DNA of 64,000 bases from assembly GCA_964016885.1 (NCBI GenBank), contig OZ024760.1, positions 12,090,001 through 12,154,000 on the forward strand, in the 5' to 3' direction. A model generated the notes under the pieces. The model was not told the DNA's origin and ran no database searches. It saw nothing but the letters and a program-made list of their open reading frames with translations. This document shows positions 24,902-39,258 of the stretch, in pieces. Each line of letters opens with the position of its first letter. The first letter of the stretch is position 1. Source of the stretch: Eledone cirrhosa (Eukaryota). Both the position numbers and the translations under genes were made by a program.

Positions 24902-27659
24902 GAGCCTTAGAAATAAATGCCTGCTAGTGCTCATCTCCTCTCTAACTCTGCTGGTCAACACAAGGTTATATATATAAGGTGTCATACAGTGAGATTGAAC
25001 CCAAAACCACAACATAGCCATGCATGGACATATATATATATTAATGTGAAAATATTCAAAATATCTGTTGATTTCAATTTTTTATCTTAATGTAAACTAA
25101 ATAGAAAGGCTATATGTGAGGAATTCCTGGGGACTCATGAAATCAAATATTTGATTGGAATTTTCAGCAATGTTTTCATTGAAAATCTTAGTCATAGATA
25201 TTCTCTCTCTCTCTTCAGTACAGGAAATGTACAGAAGACTCTTTTTTTTTTTATATATAACTTTTCTTTTATTATTTTTTTCTTTGCTGGATCTCAGGCT
25301 GACATTCTTTGCCTTAAGATTATTCACTTAATTTGGAAACATATGACTCTGTTCACTGTAAATAAACAAGATATTTTAAACTGGTTTTTTTCTTTCTGAA
25401 TAGTAGCTTGGAATAAGTGATGATAGTAAATGTTCTTGTAGGGTAGGGGCTATGAAGATATAAAGTAGTAATCTCTTAGAATAACATTAGGTGGGTTTAC
25501 ATGCATTCCTAAAGCTACTTCATGCTAATGAAACCTAGCCATATAGAAAAAAAGGGAGTGGGTGGGGCTGGAATACTGAGTGTGGCAAATAGTTTCTGTT
25601 GTTGTTGTTGTTGTTGGTGTTGTTGTGTCAGTTTAGTACATGAGTGATGTGAACTGTTAAAAAGTTTTGATGAGTAGTTGTGCTTGGCAGACTTCATAGA
25701 GTGCCAGACAAAAAAAGTGCATGTTGGTTCCCCTGGTGTCGCATGCATGGTGCAGCCTTCTTGAATGGTGTCATTAGAATGGAGACTTGATGTGACCTGT
25801 TTGTCATCACAACTAAAGCCTGCCCCGGGCCTCAACAACCATGGTAAATAACAAGCGCTCAGATGGGATATGTAAATATTATAGATTGTAAGAGTAGAAG
25901 AGATAGTAAATAGGATTTTTAAAACTTTGTCAATTCAGTAACTACCCTTCTTTAACCCTTTCATGTCTGCATTTCTAATGAAATACATGGGGGGGGGGGG
26001 GGGGGGGGTTTAGAAAAACCTGAAAAATGAATAAGGTGAGGTGTGGTTATTTGAGACCTAAGAGTAGCTTTTATTTTTAGTTGGTATTAACATCATCATC
26101 ATCATCATCATCATTACCGTATTTCTAATGAAATACACTCTATTTTAATTAATTAATGAAGCGTTTCAAGGGATTTACTAAAACCATTAATTATTTCATT
26201 ACTAAGATAGTAAATTAATGTAAGGCTCTTATATAAAATTATGTTGGAAGATTTAAATCTAAATTGGAAACCTTTAAAATGGGTGGTTTTATTTTACTGA
26301 ACCAGAGCTGGTTTGGGCCAGGTTGGTAACTAAAGGGTTAAGAAAGAATATATATCATTAATACATAATCATCATCACCATAATTGTTTTTACATCCACT
26401 TTTTCAAGATGGCGGCATGGGTTGGACAGGATGGTTTAAGACAATGTTTTACAACCAGATGTCCTTCCTGGCATCAACACTTTCGCTCACCTCTTACAAC
26501 ATGTAGGGAGATGATATATCTATTTTAACATTGTTTTTACATCCAGTTTTTCATGCTAGCATGGGTTGGACGGGACGGTTTGAGACAATGTTTTACAGCC
26601 AAATACTCTTCCCAACACCAACCCTTTTAGTCGTCTCTTACTACACAGGGAGATGAGGTTTTTACATGCAGTTTTTCATGCTAGCATGGGTTGGGCAGGA
26701 TGGTTTAAGACGATGTTTTACAGCCAAATACTCTTCCCAACACCAACCCTTCCATCGCCTCTTATGACACCCAGGGATGCAGTGCACCTCTTCAGAAACA
26801 CTCGGATACACACAACATTATCCCACATATAAAACCTTATTCAATAAATTTGAATATTATTATACACAATGGTAAACGGCATAGCGCAAGTAATAATGTT
26901 CTTTTTCTCTTTCTCTTGTGTCTTTTTATGTTCTTCTAAGCGCAGAGTCATTAGAATCATTAGAACTCCATAATAAATGGGATTGGAGGAGCGGAGGCAG
27001 GCAGTGTGGTCTGATGGATATGCATCATTAATTTACCATAAATATTTTCAGTGAATGAGTTATGGAAGTGACAAAAGAAAAGAGTCAAATATATTGTTTG
27101 ATGAATGCTAGAAAGATCCGACATGTAATAGAAATCAGCTCAGCGATGCCTTTCTAGATGAAAAAAGAAATATATTATGAATTAGAAGTAGGAAATACGA
27201 ACAATGGGGATTGAACCGCCCTTTAGAAAAAGGAGTTCGGGGTGAAGAAGTCTGGGTAGAACTGAACTGAACATTGTGATTCACAGAATCATAGAATATA
27301 AAGACATTCTCCGAGGTAACGCTTTCACTGTTTTGTCCACAGGACACAGCTGAGGTACCGCTCAGACTGGAGTCTAGTGTCTGTCCCTTCCCATTTCTTT
27401 TGTTCATCAATCCTTCTTTCTTTTTCTCCCTTTTATTTTCTTCTTCTTCCATTTCTGTTCCCTCTAACCCATTAGTATTTACATTACTCTATATATACTA
27501 TTGTATTTTCACAGTAAAGGCTTTATTTCACATAATATTGAATCTATGAGATTTAACTTTGACTTTCATCCTTACAGGGTCTATAAAAAGGTACCAGTAA
27601 TGCACTGGGGGTAATTGCTGGCCTTGTGCCAAAAGTAGAAACAATTATTTTTTTTGTAA

Positions 27660-28190
27660 ATACATAGTGTGTAATATAGATTTATGTAAATATATATAAT
27701 GTATAGTGTAGATCTGTGTAAATATATATATAATGTATAGTGTAGATGTGTAAATATATATATAATGTGTAATGTAGATGTGTAAATGTAGATATATGTA
27801 AATATATATATATATATAATGTGTAATGTAGATATATGTAAATATATATATATAATGTGTAATGTAGATGTGTAAATATAGATATATGTAAATATATATA
27901 TATAATGTGTAATGTAGATGTGTAAATATAGATATATGTAAATATATATATATAATGTGTAATGTAGATGTGTAAATATATATATATAATGTGTAATGTA
28001 GATGTGTAAATATAGATATATAATGTGTAATGTAGATATATGTAAATATATATATATAATGTGTAATGTAGATGTGTAAATATAGATATATGTAAATATA
28101 TATATATAATGTGTAATGTAGATGTGTAAATATATATATATAATGTGTAATGTAGATGTGTAAATATATATATAATGTGTAATGTAGATT
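27660..28190. repeat. AT-rich variable minisatellite (TATAATGTGTAATGTAGATGTGTAAA)
   Basis: Direct reading. Confidence 0.9.
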
Positions 28191-28929
28191 AAGAAAACAT
28201 GTTTTCAAAGTATGTTGATGTTATTCCTGTTGTTGATGTTTCTGTCTGTTTGACTCTCCTTAAAAACAGCAGGTAATGAGTATGTAGCTGCTTGATACTG
28301 TTGTTGTTGTTGTTGTTGTTATGGTGGTGGTGTGGGTGTTATGATGGGGGTGTGGGTGGTAGTGTTGTTATGGTGGGGGTGATGGTAGTGTTGTTGTTAT
28401 TATGGTGGTGGGGTGGGTTCGGGTGTTGTTGGTGGAGGTGGTGGGGGTTTTGTGAGTGGTGATTGTGTTGGTGTTGTTGTTGTTGTTGGTGACACGGTTG
28501 TCATGGAGATGGTGTGGTGGTGTTGGAGTTGGCGGCAACAGGGTTGTCGTTGTGGTATGATGGAGGTCTGGTAGCTGTGTTGTTGTTGGTGGTGGTGTGG
28601 TGGTGGTCTTTGTGGTGATGGTGTGGTGTTGTTGTTAGTGGTGGTGGTGGTGGGGATGGTGTTGGTAATGGTAGTGACATAGTTGTGATGGTGGTGATGG
28701 TGTGGAGCTTTTGGGGGTGTTGTTTTCTTAAAATATATAAAAAAACTGGACATGTTTCATTTTAAAGTTCAGTTTAAGTCATTTGATACCTACCTGCCTA
28801 AATACCCTGATACCTACCTGCCTAAATACCCTGATTCTAGGACACAAAACCTCCAATTCTAATTTATTCAGAATAAATCACATTCATTTAAAAAACATTT
28901 TTGTTCAGTTTAAGTTCCAAACACCAGTC

Positions 28930-29658
28930 TAACCCTTTACCACTTACATTACTCTGTATATACTATTATATCTAACCCTTTACCACTTACATTACTCTGT
29001 ATATACTATTATATCTAACCCTTTACCACTTACATTACTCTGTATATACTATTATATTTAACCCTTTACCACTTACATTACTCTGTATATACTATTATAT
29101 TTAACCCTTTACCACTTACATTACTCTGTATATACTATTATATTTAACCCTTTACCACTTACATTACTCTGTATATACTATTATATTTAACCCTTTACCA
29201 CTTACATTACTCTGTATATACTATTATATTTAACCCTTTACCACTTACATTACTCTGTATATACTATTATATCTAACCCTTTACCACTTACATTACTCTG
29301 TATATACTATTATATTTAACCCTTTACCACTTACATTACTCTGTATATACTATTATATTTAACCCTTTACCACTTACATTACTCTGTATATACTATTATA
29401 TTTAACCCTTTACCACTTACATTACTCTGTATATACTATTATATTTAACCCTTTACCACTTACATTACTCTGTATATACTATTATATCTAACCCTTTACC
29501 ACTTACATTACTCTGTATATACTATTATATTTAACCCTTTACCACTTACATTACTCTGTATATACTATTATATTTAACCCTTTACCATTTACATTACTCT
29601 ATATATACTATTATATTTAACCCTTTACCACTTACATTACTCTGTATATACTATTATA
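28930..29658. repeat. 43-bp minisatellite (~17 copies) of the MITE left terminus
   Basis: Unit TAACCCTTTACCACTTACATTACTCTGTATATACTATTATATY resembles TTAACCCTTTAGCATTTACATTACTCTATATTTACTATT. Confidence 0.9.
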
Positions 29659-29918
29659 GAGGGTCGGACGCCATGCTTTCCAGCATAGTTACGTCCCGTT
29701 ACGATCTGAGTTCAAATCCCGCCAAGGTTAACTTTGCCTTTCATCCTTACGGGGTCGATAAAATAAAGTACCAGTAATGCACTGGGTAATTGCTGGCCTT
29801 GTGCCTAAAGTAGAAACAATTATATTTCCATGGTAAAGTCTTTACCTCACATAATTATCTCACATAATATTGAATCTATGAGATTTTGATATCATTTATT
29901 TTGAGAACAATACTTTAA

Positions 29919-30080
29919 CCCTTTAGCATTTAAACTGGCTGTAACCAGCCACTCATACTGATGTTAAGGTATTGTTCATAAAATAAATAATATCAAAATC
30001 TCAAAGATTCGATATTATATGAGATAAAATGTTCACTGAAAATACGATAGTAAATATAGAGAAATGTAAATGATAAAGGG
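29919..30080 (-). mobile_element. piggyBac-type MITE
   Basis: TTAA on both sides. Same TIR as 19275-19467. Confidence 0.8.
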
Positions 30081-30598
30081 TTAAATGTGGACTGGGAGCT
30101 TTTTACCGTGTTACCTACACGGCCACATTACAGCGTGGACTGTGTGTTTTTGTGAAACCTACACGACCTCATTAGTTTGGACTAGATGTTGTGGTACCAA
30201 CATAACTTTACAGAGAAAGGGGTGGTGTTGGTGGAGAGAGGAGTAGGGGTAGTGGGTTGGGGTGTATGTTTGGTTAAATTTATTTATAGTTACAGGTGAA
30301 CAATTATATTATAAATTATCTACTTATTTTCTTTGTTCCAATATTCTTGTCTGCCAAAAAGAAATATGGTAAAAAAAGAAGGGTTCAGATAAAACTGGAA
30401 CAGTTGTGTTAAGAAATAACTAGGCTATTTCTAAATGTCTCGTTCGCTATACCTCAGGGTAATGCTTTCTCCATTCTGTCTGCTGGGGCCATGAGGTGGC
30501 GTGCATCTGGTGTTCTGCACACTAGGGAGCATTCTCTGTGCATATATATCATTGGGGGTAGTGATGGTGTAGGTGGCTGATGTTTGTGTTTACACACA

Positions 30599-30639
<41 letters not shown>

Positions 30640-30890
30640 AGACACAGACAGACACACACACAGACAGACACACACACTTACAGAGATATACAGACAGACA
30701 CACACACATAAAGACGTGCAGACACAGACAGAGGCACACACAGACACAAAACACTCACACTAAGACAGACACATACGCATACACAGACATACACGCACAG
30801 AACAGACACACAGAGACAGACAGTTGATAATTAAGACATGCTCACACACATACACAGACATACTCACACACACACACACACACACACATA

Positions 30891-30939
<49 letters not shown>

Positions 30940-31873
30940 AGACAGTTGATACACAGACAGTTGATAATTAACCGTAACAGTAATTTAATGGAGTTGCCGT
31001 AACTGGAATCAAATGAAAATAAATTTCATCGTTAAAAAGAAGAAAAAAAAGGAATATTGAAGAAATGGCAGACTTTTGAAATTATGGAGAAAGGTTTTTA
31101 CATAAATATAAACTCTCTGTGACCATATTTCTAATGAAAGACGCTGCCTTAATTTTCAAATAAATCTGCATTTGTTGTTTTGTCTGCGGGGTGCAGCCCA
31201 AACACTGCCCCACTCTAGGCCCAGAACCCATCATCATCTCCCCTTACCCACCCTTGATAGAAGGGAACTTGGTGAAGGCACAACACTGTGACCCATGGGT
31301 CCTTGCTTTTCCCTTCCTTTTCCTCCCATTTATGGCATTTATAGTTCTTTCCTCTATTTTCCCTTTACAGCCAGATCTGCCCTTCCCCTTTTTTGTCATT
31401 ACTTTTCATATTTATGTAATTATCAATGGTTTCTTGTGGTTTATTAATGCAAATGTTTATACTATCTTTACTAGTAGACAAATGGTTGCGAAAGTTTACA
31501 GTAAAGTAAAGACTACTATTTTTAATGTGATGCAGTCATAGTCTTGTTTTGTACTTCTCAAGAATGTCTTGTGAATGTGGTACAGGATGATAAGAGTTAA
31601 GATTAGAAATGTCTATGGAATACTCACCTATTTACACTAAAATTCAATAAAATAAGCAGGTGGTTATATGGACTGAACTTCTGAAACAACCTGGAAATCA
31701 ATATACAGGATAAAATATAGATCCTTTCTCTCACCAGTTTGTGTGATGTCAAGGACAACAGGATTTCTCTCCTGGATCAGTCAGTACCAGTTATAAATAC
31801 AGAGTTGATTGTTAGTTATCTCTGCTACTGTGTAAAGATTAGCAAGTGACGAACCAAAGAAAATCAATAGATC

Positions 31874-31909
<36 letters not shown>

Positions 31910-32029
31910 AATCATTTTACGTCTGCTCTTCCCTGCTCGCAAGATTTAACATAAATAGAATCATCATCATCATCGTCATCACTGTGATCATGTTTTTTTT
32001 TTATTTTTTTTATTTTATTGTTATTTTTA

Positions 32030-32540
32030 ATTGAGAGATCACAGCTCCGATACTATGGGTGTGTGGTTAGAATATCTCTGGAAAGAATTGCTGGATAGAT
32101 TTATAGCTCAGAGATCAGAGAGTCACTCCAGGTAGAGCTGCTACTTTTCTGAATTGAGAGATCACAGCTCCGATACTGTGGACATGTGGTTAGAATGTCT
32201 GAGGAAAGAATCACTGGACATATTTGTAGCTCGGACATCAGAGAGTCACTCCAGGTAGAGCTGCTATTCCTCCGAATTGAGACATCACAGCTCAGATACT
32301 ATGGACATGTGGTTAGAATGTCTGAGGAAAGAATCACTGGACATATTTGTAGCTCGGACATCAGAGAGTCACTCCAGGTAGAGCTACTATTCCTCCAAAT
32401 TGAGACATCACAGCTCAGATACTATGGGCATGTGGTTAGAATGTCTCAGGAAAGAATTGCTGGACAGATTTTACAGGCAAAACAAAGCCAGCAGGAGACA
32501 CAGAGGTAGACTCCGAGCAAGATGGTTAGATAACATCCTT
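32030..32540 (+). mobile_element. RTE LINE 3' fragment tandemly amplified (~123 bp x4)
   Basis: Repeats encode IETSQLRYYGHVVRMSEERI and end in RGRLRARWLDNI. Confidence 0.8.
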
Positions 32541-32619
32541 CCTAATACCAAATTATATATATATATATATATATATATAAGTACGAAATATATACTATAA
32601 ATATAAAAATGTTTCATAG

Positions 32620-32830
32620 AATAATGGGTCAAAACGCAAGGAAGCTGTTAAGACAACAAAATGCCGTTTATGACAACGCCAGGTAAAATTTACCTCAAAG
32701 GATAGAAACGAGTGGCTACAGAAGTGATGGGAAGATCTTCTTTACTTTGAGGTAAATTTTATCCGATGCTGTCATTGACGCCATTTTGTTGTTTTAGCAG
32801 CTTCCTTACGTTTTTCCCCGCCATTATCCT
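32620..32830. mobile_element. Fold-back MITE-like element, ~80-bp imperfect arms
   Basis: AAGGAAGCTGTTAAGACAACAAAATG...AAAATTTACCTCAAAG versus CTTTGAGGTAAATTTT...CATTTTGTTGTTTTAGCAGCTTCCTT. Confidence 0.65.
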
Positions 32831-32929
32831 TCGAATTCTATTACATCCACATTTTAAACTTGATATTTGAGATAACTTTGTAAATATCTTTGTTGAATTT
32901 TTACACTGTAGGACATAAAACATGACACT

Positions 32930-32977
<48 letters not shown>

Positions 32978-33578
32978 TTGATATGATGTCTGTGCTGACT
33001 AGCGTACACACACACACACACATACTTATATACGCACATATATACTTATATGTATGTATATGGGTATATATGTAGGTTATTTTCTCATGTTTATTAATTA
33101 CTGTAGATGGCATTTTAAATTGAAATTTTATTCACTCTTGCATAATATTTATACTCACACACACACATATATATATATATGTGTATGTATATATGTACAT
33201 AAATAAATATGTATATAAATATACATACATATAATATATATGTGTATGTGTGTGTGTATATTAATATATGTGTGTGTATGTGTATAGAAACATAGATAAT
33301 ATATATTGATATATACATATATATATATATACACATAGACATATATTGAAAATTGAAGAGATGTCGCCCTTCATCGTTAACAGTTAATTTTCTCCTTAAA
33401 AGACCTCCTTCCCCCCTCCATCCTTGCCATTCCTGCCATGCCTCTCTTGCCATTCCTGCCATGCCCCTCCTGCCTCTCCTTCCAATGACTAACAGTTCAC
33501 GCCAACTACAGCAGAGTTAGACACAAATTCTTTGAACAGTTGTCATTTTGTTTTTGAAGAACTCTCTCTCTCTCTCTC

Positions 33579-33620
<42 letters not shown>

Positions 33621-34742
33621 ACCCCTCTCTTTCCCTCTGTCCTCCTCTCTCACCCTTTCACCCCCACCCCCTCTCTTATATTCTTTTACTGGTTTCTTGT
33701 CATTAAACAGTGACCATGTTTGGGCACTACCGTTTCTGTCATTAGACTTTGGCCATTCTGGGGCACCAACTTCACATGAACATATCGAACCCCCCCGTAC
33801 ACAGTTTTTTTTTTTTTTTTTTTTTTACTGGTTTCAGTCATTAGACTTTGGCCAGACTGGGGCACTGCTTTTGAAGAGATTTCGTTGATCATAACTGTAT
33901 GAGCAAGACATGGGTCACCTCACCTGGCATTGCCTACAACAGCACAACTCGTCTAACCCATGCTAGCATGGAAGAATGAATGTAAAATGGTGATGATGAT
34001 GATGATGGTGATCAACACCAGAATGAACTCCTGGTGATTTCATACAAACGAAACAGTTCTAGTCCCGTAGAAGCCTTTTCTCTATATAAACCTTTATGTC
34101 ACCATCATCACCACCACCACCATCACTATCAACATCACCACCATCATCATCACCACCACCACCACCATCATCACTAACAACATCACCATCATCACCACCA
34201 CCACCACCATCACTATCAACATCACCATCATAACCATCACCAGCACCACCATTATCATCACTATCAACATCACCACCATCATCATCATCACCACCACCAC
34301 CACCATCATCATCACTATCAACATCACCACCACCACCACCACCACCACCACCATCACCATCATCATCATCACTATCAACATTAAAACATTCAGTTGTATG
34401 TAAAGTATTCAAGATATTTCTGATTTTATTGTTGTTGATTGGTTCTTTCATCTCCTCCGCCTCCCCTTCATTCTCTCACTATCCCCTCTCCTCCTATCTC
34501 CTCTTCTGACTGAAGGGACAAATATTTGTCTCTCTTATGGCTTAATCCCTTTTTTTTTTTTAACTTGCCCCCCCCCCCCCCCCTCACTAAAGCTGACACC
34601 GCCATTATAAGATCTGTTGCCACTCTACAACGTACAATATGCCATTCAATATATAAACATTTTTTCCTCCATAAAATCTGCTCATTAATTCTTGATATTA
34701 AATGTCTTTATTAATCTCCCCCTCATTCTCTCTCTCTCTCTT

Positions 34743-34799
<57 letters not shown>

Positions 34800-34965
34800 T
34801 CTCTCTCTCTCTCTCTCTCTTAATCACCCCTTTCTCACCCCTCTCTCTGTCTATCTATCTATCTCTCTGACTCTATTAATCTTCCCCATTCTCTCTCTCT
34901 CCCCCCCCTCCTCCAACGTTCATTCTTTCTCTTAATATCTCTCTTTCTCCCCCTCTCTCTATCTA

Positions 34966-34998
<33 letters not shown>

Positions 34999-35811
34999 CT
35001 CTTAATCTCCCCCCTTCAAACTCACATTCTATCTCTCACTGCCCCCTCCCCCCAATCACCCCACCACCCTCCCCTTCCATCATAATATCCCCACTGCTCT
35101 CATCTCACCTCCTCCACCACCCCTCCTGTGTGCCTGTCTCAGCCCCATTAATTAACACTGTCCTTAGTCTCTAATCCCTTTAGTTGCCACTGCTGCTGCT
35201 GCTACCCAGCCCCTACCCCCTCTAATCCCTGCACCCTACCCTAATCCTAGTGTTATTTACAACGATCATCATCACCATCATCATCATCGTCGTCATCAGA
35301 GTTCTGACAAATCTCTATAATATGGTGAAGAAAATCCTCTATCACCCCTCCCCCCTCACCACCACCACCACCACCACCACCACCACCACCACCACCACCA
35401 CCACCACCACCACCATCACCACTGCCACCACAAAATAACAAACAAACAAAAATAATAACAACAATAACAACAACAAAATAGTTTATACTTTCTTCATCAT
35501 CATCAACATTATTATTATTTTTATTTTTATTATTTCCTAATTGGATTAATTGTTTATTCGTTATGAAATCTAATGAATATAATTTACAGAAGAAACAAAT
35601 CAATAAAGTTAGAGAAAAACAAAATATTGGTTTTTGATTTAGACACAAAGCCAACAATTTTTTGGGGAAGGGGTAAGTAGATTAGATTGACCCAGTATGT
35701 TACTGGTACTTTATTTTAAAGGATGAAAAACAAAGCTGACCTTGGTGGGATTTGAACAGAATATTGGTTTCTGATGTAGGCACGAGGCCAATAATTTTGA
35801 GGGAGAGAAAA

Positions 35812-35852
<41 letters not shown>

Positions 35853-35893
35853 TGTGTGTATGTATATATATATATATCACAATGATTGCGTAG

Positions 35894-35944
35894 GCATCTG
35901 ATGAAGTCACATGTATAACCATGTAACAGAAATATATATAATGC
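35894..35944 (+). ncRNA. Type I hammerhead ribozyme (family K)
   Basis: GCAU-CUGAUGA-A-GUCACAUG(UAUAAC)CAUGUAAC-A-GAAA-UAUAUA-UA-AUGC. Palindromic mini stem III, AUA triplet. ~115-bp insert between TA tracts. Confidence 0.75.
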
Positions 35945-36004
35945 AATAAGCAATTATGGTGATTTAACCCCATCTTAACTACCATTATTTGATATATATA
36001 TATT

Positions 36005-36196
36005 AGGGCGGTAGATTGGCAGTATCGGTAGAGCGTCGGACGCCATGCTTTCCAGCATAGTTACGTCCCTTTACGATCTGAGTTCAAATCCCGCCGAGGT
36101 TGACTTTGCCTTTCATCCTTACGGGGTCGATAAAATAAAGTACCAGTAATGAACTGGATAATTGCTGGCCTTGTGCCTAAAGTAGAAACAATTATT
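36005..36196 (+). mobile_element. Full-length SINE S1
   Basis: GGGCGG start, A box, B box GAGTTCAAATCC, complete body. Confidence 0.85.
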
Positions 36197-36723
36197 TGAT
36201 ATATATATATATATATATTTATACCATTTAAGTTAGTTTGACTATCTAAGGATAGAACTGGTGGTTCTGCTAGGCAAACCATGATGTACGAAATTAATCA
36301 AACCACTCAACATTATGTAAGTCATCCATCGTAGATGTGGTATCCAGTGGTTGGAACAGGGAACGGAGTAAAGTATTTATATAACAACAACAGAAGTCCG
36401 GACTGGAAGATATGCTGTACATTTTAATTCTGTGAAATCACTCTACATAGTTCAATGGCTCAGCTCCATCATACATTTATGATGTAAGACAGGGCAGTCT
36501 CATCAGGTAACTTCGACAGAATTACAAAACAGGGTTACGTAGAACCCATACTCATGGAAGATAGGGAGAAGAAAATAGGAAATTGAAAAATGAAAATTTG
36601 ACCCCAGGGGACTGTCTATGAAAAGTTGTTGTTCAGTTCAGCTCTTAACATTCTGAGTTCAAATCCTGCCATGGACAACTTCACCATTCAGCCATTAGAA
36701 GTTGATGAAATAAAAGTACCAGT

Positions 36724-37063
36724 GCAACGGCGCTTAAGATGGTTTGGTCACGCAGCCCGGTGCCCTGGGGGTGAGCTGATCCGCGATGTTCTCCCCCCAC
36801 CTCCACTCCCTAACTGGCGCAAGCGCGTTGGCGGGCAGCTGAAGGCCTGCGCAACGGCGATCAAGGAGGACCTCTCCTCCGAACTCTCAGGTCCGCAGGT
36901 GGTCAGCCTGCGGACCTGAGAGATGGAACCGTGACTGGCTCGCTATCTCCAGTGACCTAGTCCGGGACCGTCGTGCGTGGGCTGCCATGGTGCGGGATGC
37001 CGTCAGGACAAGGGAAGAAGCTGGCTCAACCCGTCCAGGGTGAATGTCGACACAAGTACAAGT
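36724..37063 (+). mobile_element. GC-rich 5'-truncated RTE LINE inserted in an S1 SINE
   Basis: QRRLRWFGHAAR...WRKRVGGQLK. (CAAGTA) tail. 10-bp TSD AAGTACCAGT at 36714-36723 and 37064-37073. Confidence 0.85.
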
Positions 37064-37338
37064 AAGTACCAGTAAAATACTGAGGTTGAAATAATTGACT
37101 TTACTTGTCCCCCTAAATTTCTGGCCTTGTGCCTAATTTAGAAAGAATTATTATAAAACTCCATCGAGAAATGAACAGGTTGAACGGTTGTTTTTTTCCT
37201 TTTATCTTTTATTTCTTAAGAGTCTTTCTCCATTTTTTATCGAAGCAATCTTGGGAAAGGTGATTGCTTTTGTGTGAAGTTTCTATAGTCTCTTCTGTGA
37301 ATCTGCTGAAGTAATTTCCTCTCGAATATATCTATCTA

Positions 37339-37398
<60 letters not shown>

Positions 37399-37424
37399 TC
37401 TATATATATATATATATATACACA

Positions 37425-37460
<36 letters not shown>

Positions 37461-37590
37461 AATATATATATATATACATACACACATCATCTATCTACAT
37501 ATCTATCTATTTATCTATTTATCTATCTATCTATCTCTTTCTCTCTCTCCATCTCTATCTCTCTCTCTATATGTATATATATAGTTGTCG

Positions 37591-37642
<52 letters not shown>

Positions 37643-37671
37643 CTATCTATCTTTGTCTCTCTCTCTCTCTC

Positions 37672-37768
<97 letters not shown>

Positions 37769-38259
37769 TATCTATCTATCTATCTATCTACCCATTGTAT
37801 TAAGCTGGTATAGCTGTGATGAAAAAAAAAATGTCACACTTTGTGGAAACAGGGATTGTAAGAGAAAGAGAGAGTGTGTGTGTGTGAGAGAAAGAGAGAG
37901 TGTGTGTGAGTGAGAGACAGAGAGTGTGTGAGAGAGAAAGAGAGAGTGTGTGTTAGAGAGAAAGAGATAATGGTGGTGGTGGGGTGGGGTTGCAACAATA
38001 CCAACATTTTTTTCTTTTAATCTCAGGAGGTCTTTATGGAAAGACGATGATAAGAATGTGTATTTGAGAGAGACAGAAACAAGAAAATGAGCAGCTAGGG
38101 AGGAGGTGGTGGTAGTGTTGGTGGTGATGGTGGTGGTGGTGGTCTGGGTGGTGGTGATGGTGGTCTCGGTGGTCTCGGTGGTGGTGGTGGTGGTAATGCA
38201 AAAAATTTTTTTTTTAATCTCATGTTTTTTATAGAAAGTGTGTGTGTGAGAGAGAGAGA

Positions 38260-38302
<43 letters not shown>

Positions 38303-38911
38303 TATGTGAGAGAGAGAGAGAGAGTTTGTGAGACCTGGTGGTGGTGGTGTTATTTAAACCTATGTCGGTACTACAAATATTGTTTATCCTCAAATTATAA
38401 ATTAGTGAAATATATATATATATAAAGAGTCAGGACCCCATATATATATATATATATCATCATCATTCATCATTCATCATTTCATTTTACTTCCGCTTTT
38501 TCCCTGCTTGCAAGGGTGGGACGGGAACTGATTCTGGCTTGATTTCTACAGCTGGATGCCCTTCCTAACACCAACCTCATTTACAGTGAGTGCTGGGTGC
38601 TTTTTTGCCGTGGCACCTCCATGACCACTTTGCAGTGGAATGATAGGGACCCCAGTCCCTATCATCTCATTTCTACAGCTGAGTAAACTGGAGCAATGTG
38701 AAATAAAGTGTCTTGCTCAAGGAAACAACACATCACCCGGTCTGAGAATTGAACTCACAACCTTTCGATTGCAAGGCCAATGCTCTAACCACTAAGCCAT
38801 GTGCCTCCATGTCCATGTGTGTATATAAATATATTAATTAGTAACAACCACCAAGTCATTAAGTGTTAAGTATTAAAGTTCAATATGACATTTTAAATGT
38901 TTTATTTATAA

Positions 38912-38982
<71 letters not shown>

Positions 38983-39023
38983 AAGAACACAAGAGCGTCT
39001 ACAACATCAAAAGATTTTTATTG

Positions 39024-39068
39024 GCTTACAATGTTTCTTCCTTACGTAACCGTAGGATTCGTCAGAGC
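39024..39068 (-). ncRNA. Type I hammerhead ribozyme (family H)
   Basis: GCU-CUGACGA-A-UCCUACG(GUUA)CGUAAGGA-A-GAAA-CAUUG-UA-AGC, then AAUAAA. Stem I extendable. Insert between two long TA tracts. Confidence 0.75.
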
Positions 39069-39201
39069 TATAAAAGGGGTTTGATTGGTGTTATGGACTC
39101 TACCAACCAAACATTCAAGAACAAAGAGTAAAGAGAGTAAAGAGCAAAAGTAGGGGACGATAAGTCTAATTTTGGTGCGGGAGGGTGGGGTGTGGGTCCT
39201 T

Positions 39202-39258
<57 letters not shown>

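Noticed and set aside
24146-24910. 254-aa ORF; CTGAAGA as a tandem hammerhead core
   Set aside because: Minisatellite artefact. CUGAAGA is on + while the GAAAC hairpin is on -, so no ribozyme fold.
26870-27330. Unique stretch ending in GAG|GTAACG, possible exon
   Set aside because: No coherent ORF or acceptor, and it does not fit the claudin-like frame. Could be non-coding but is unsupported.
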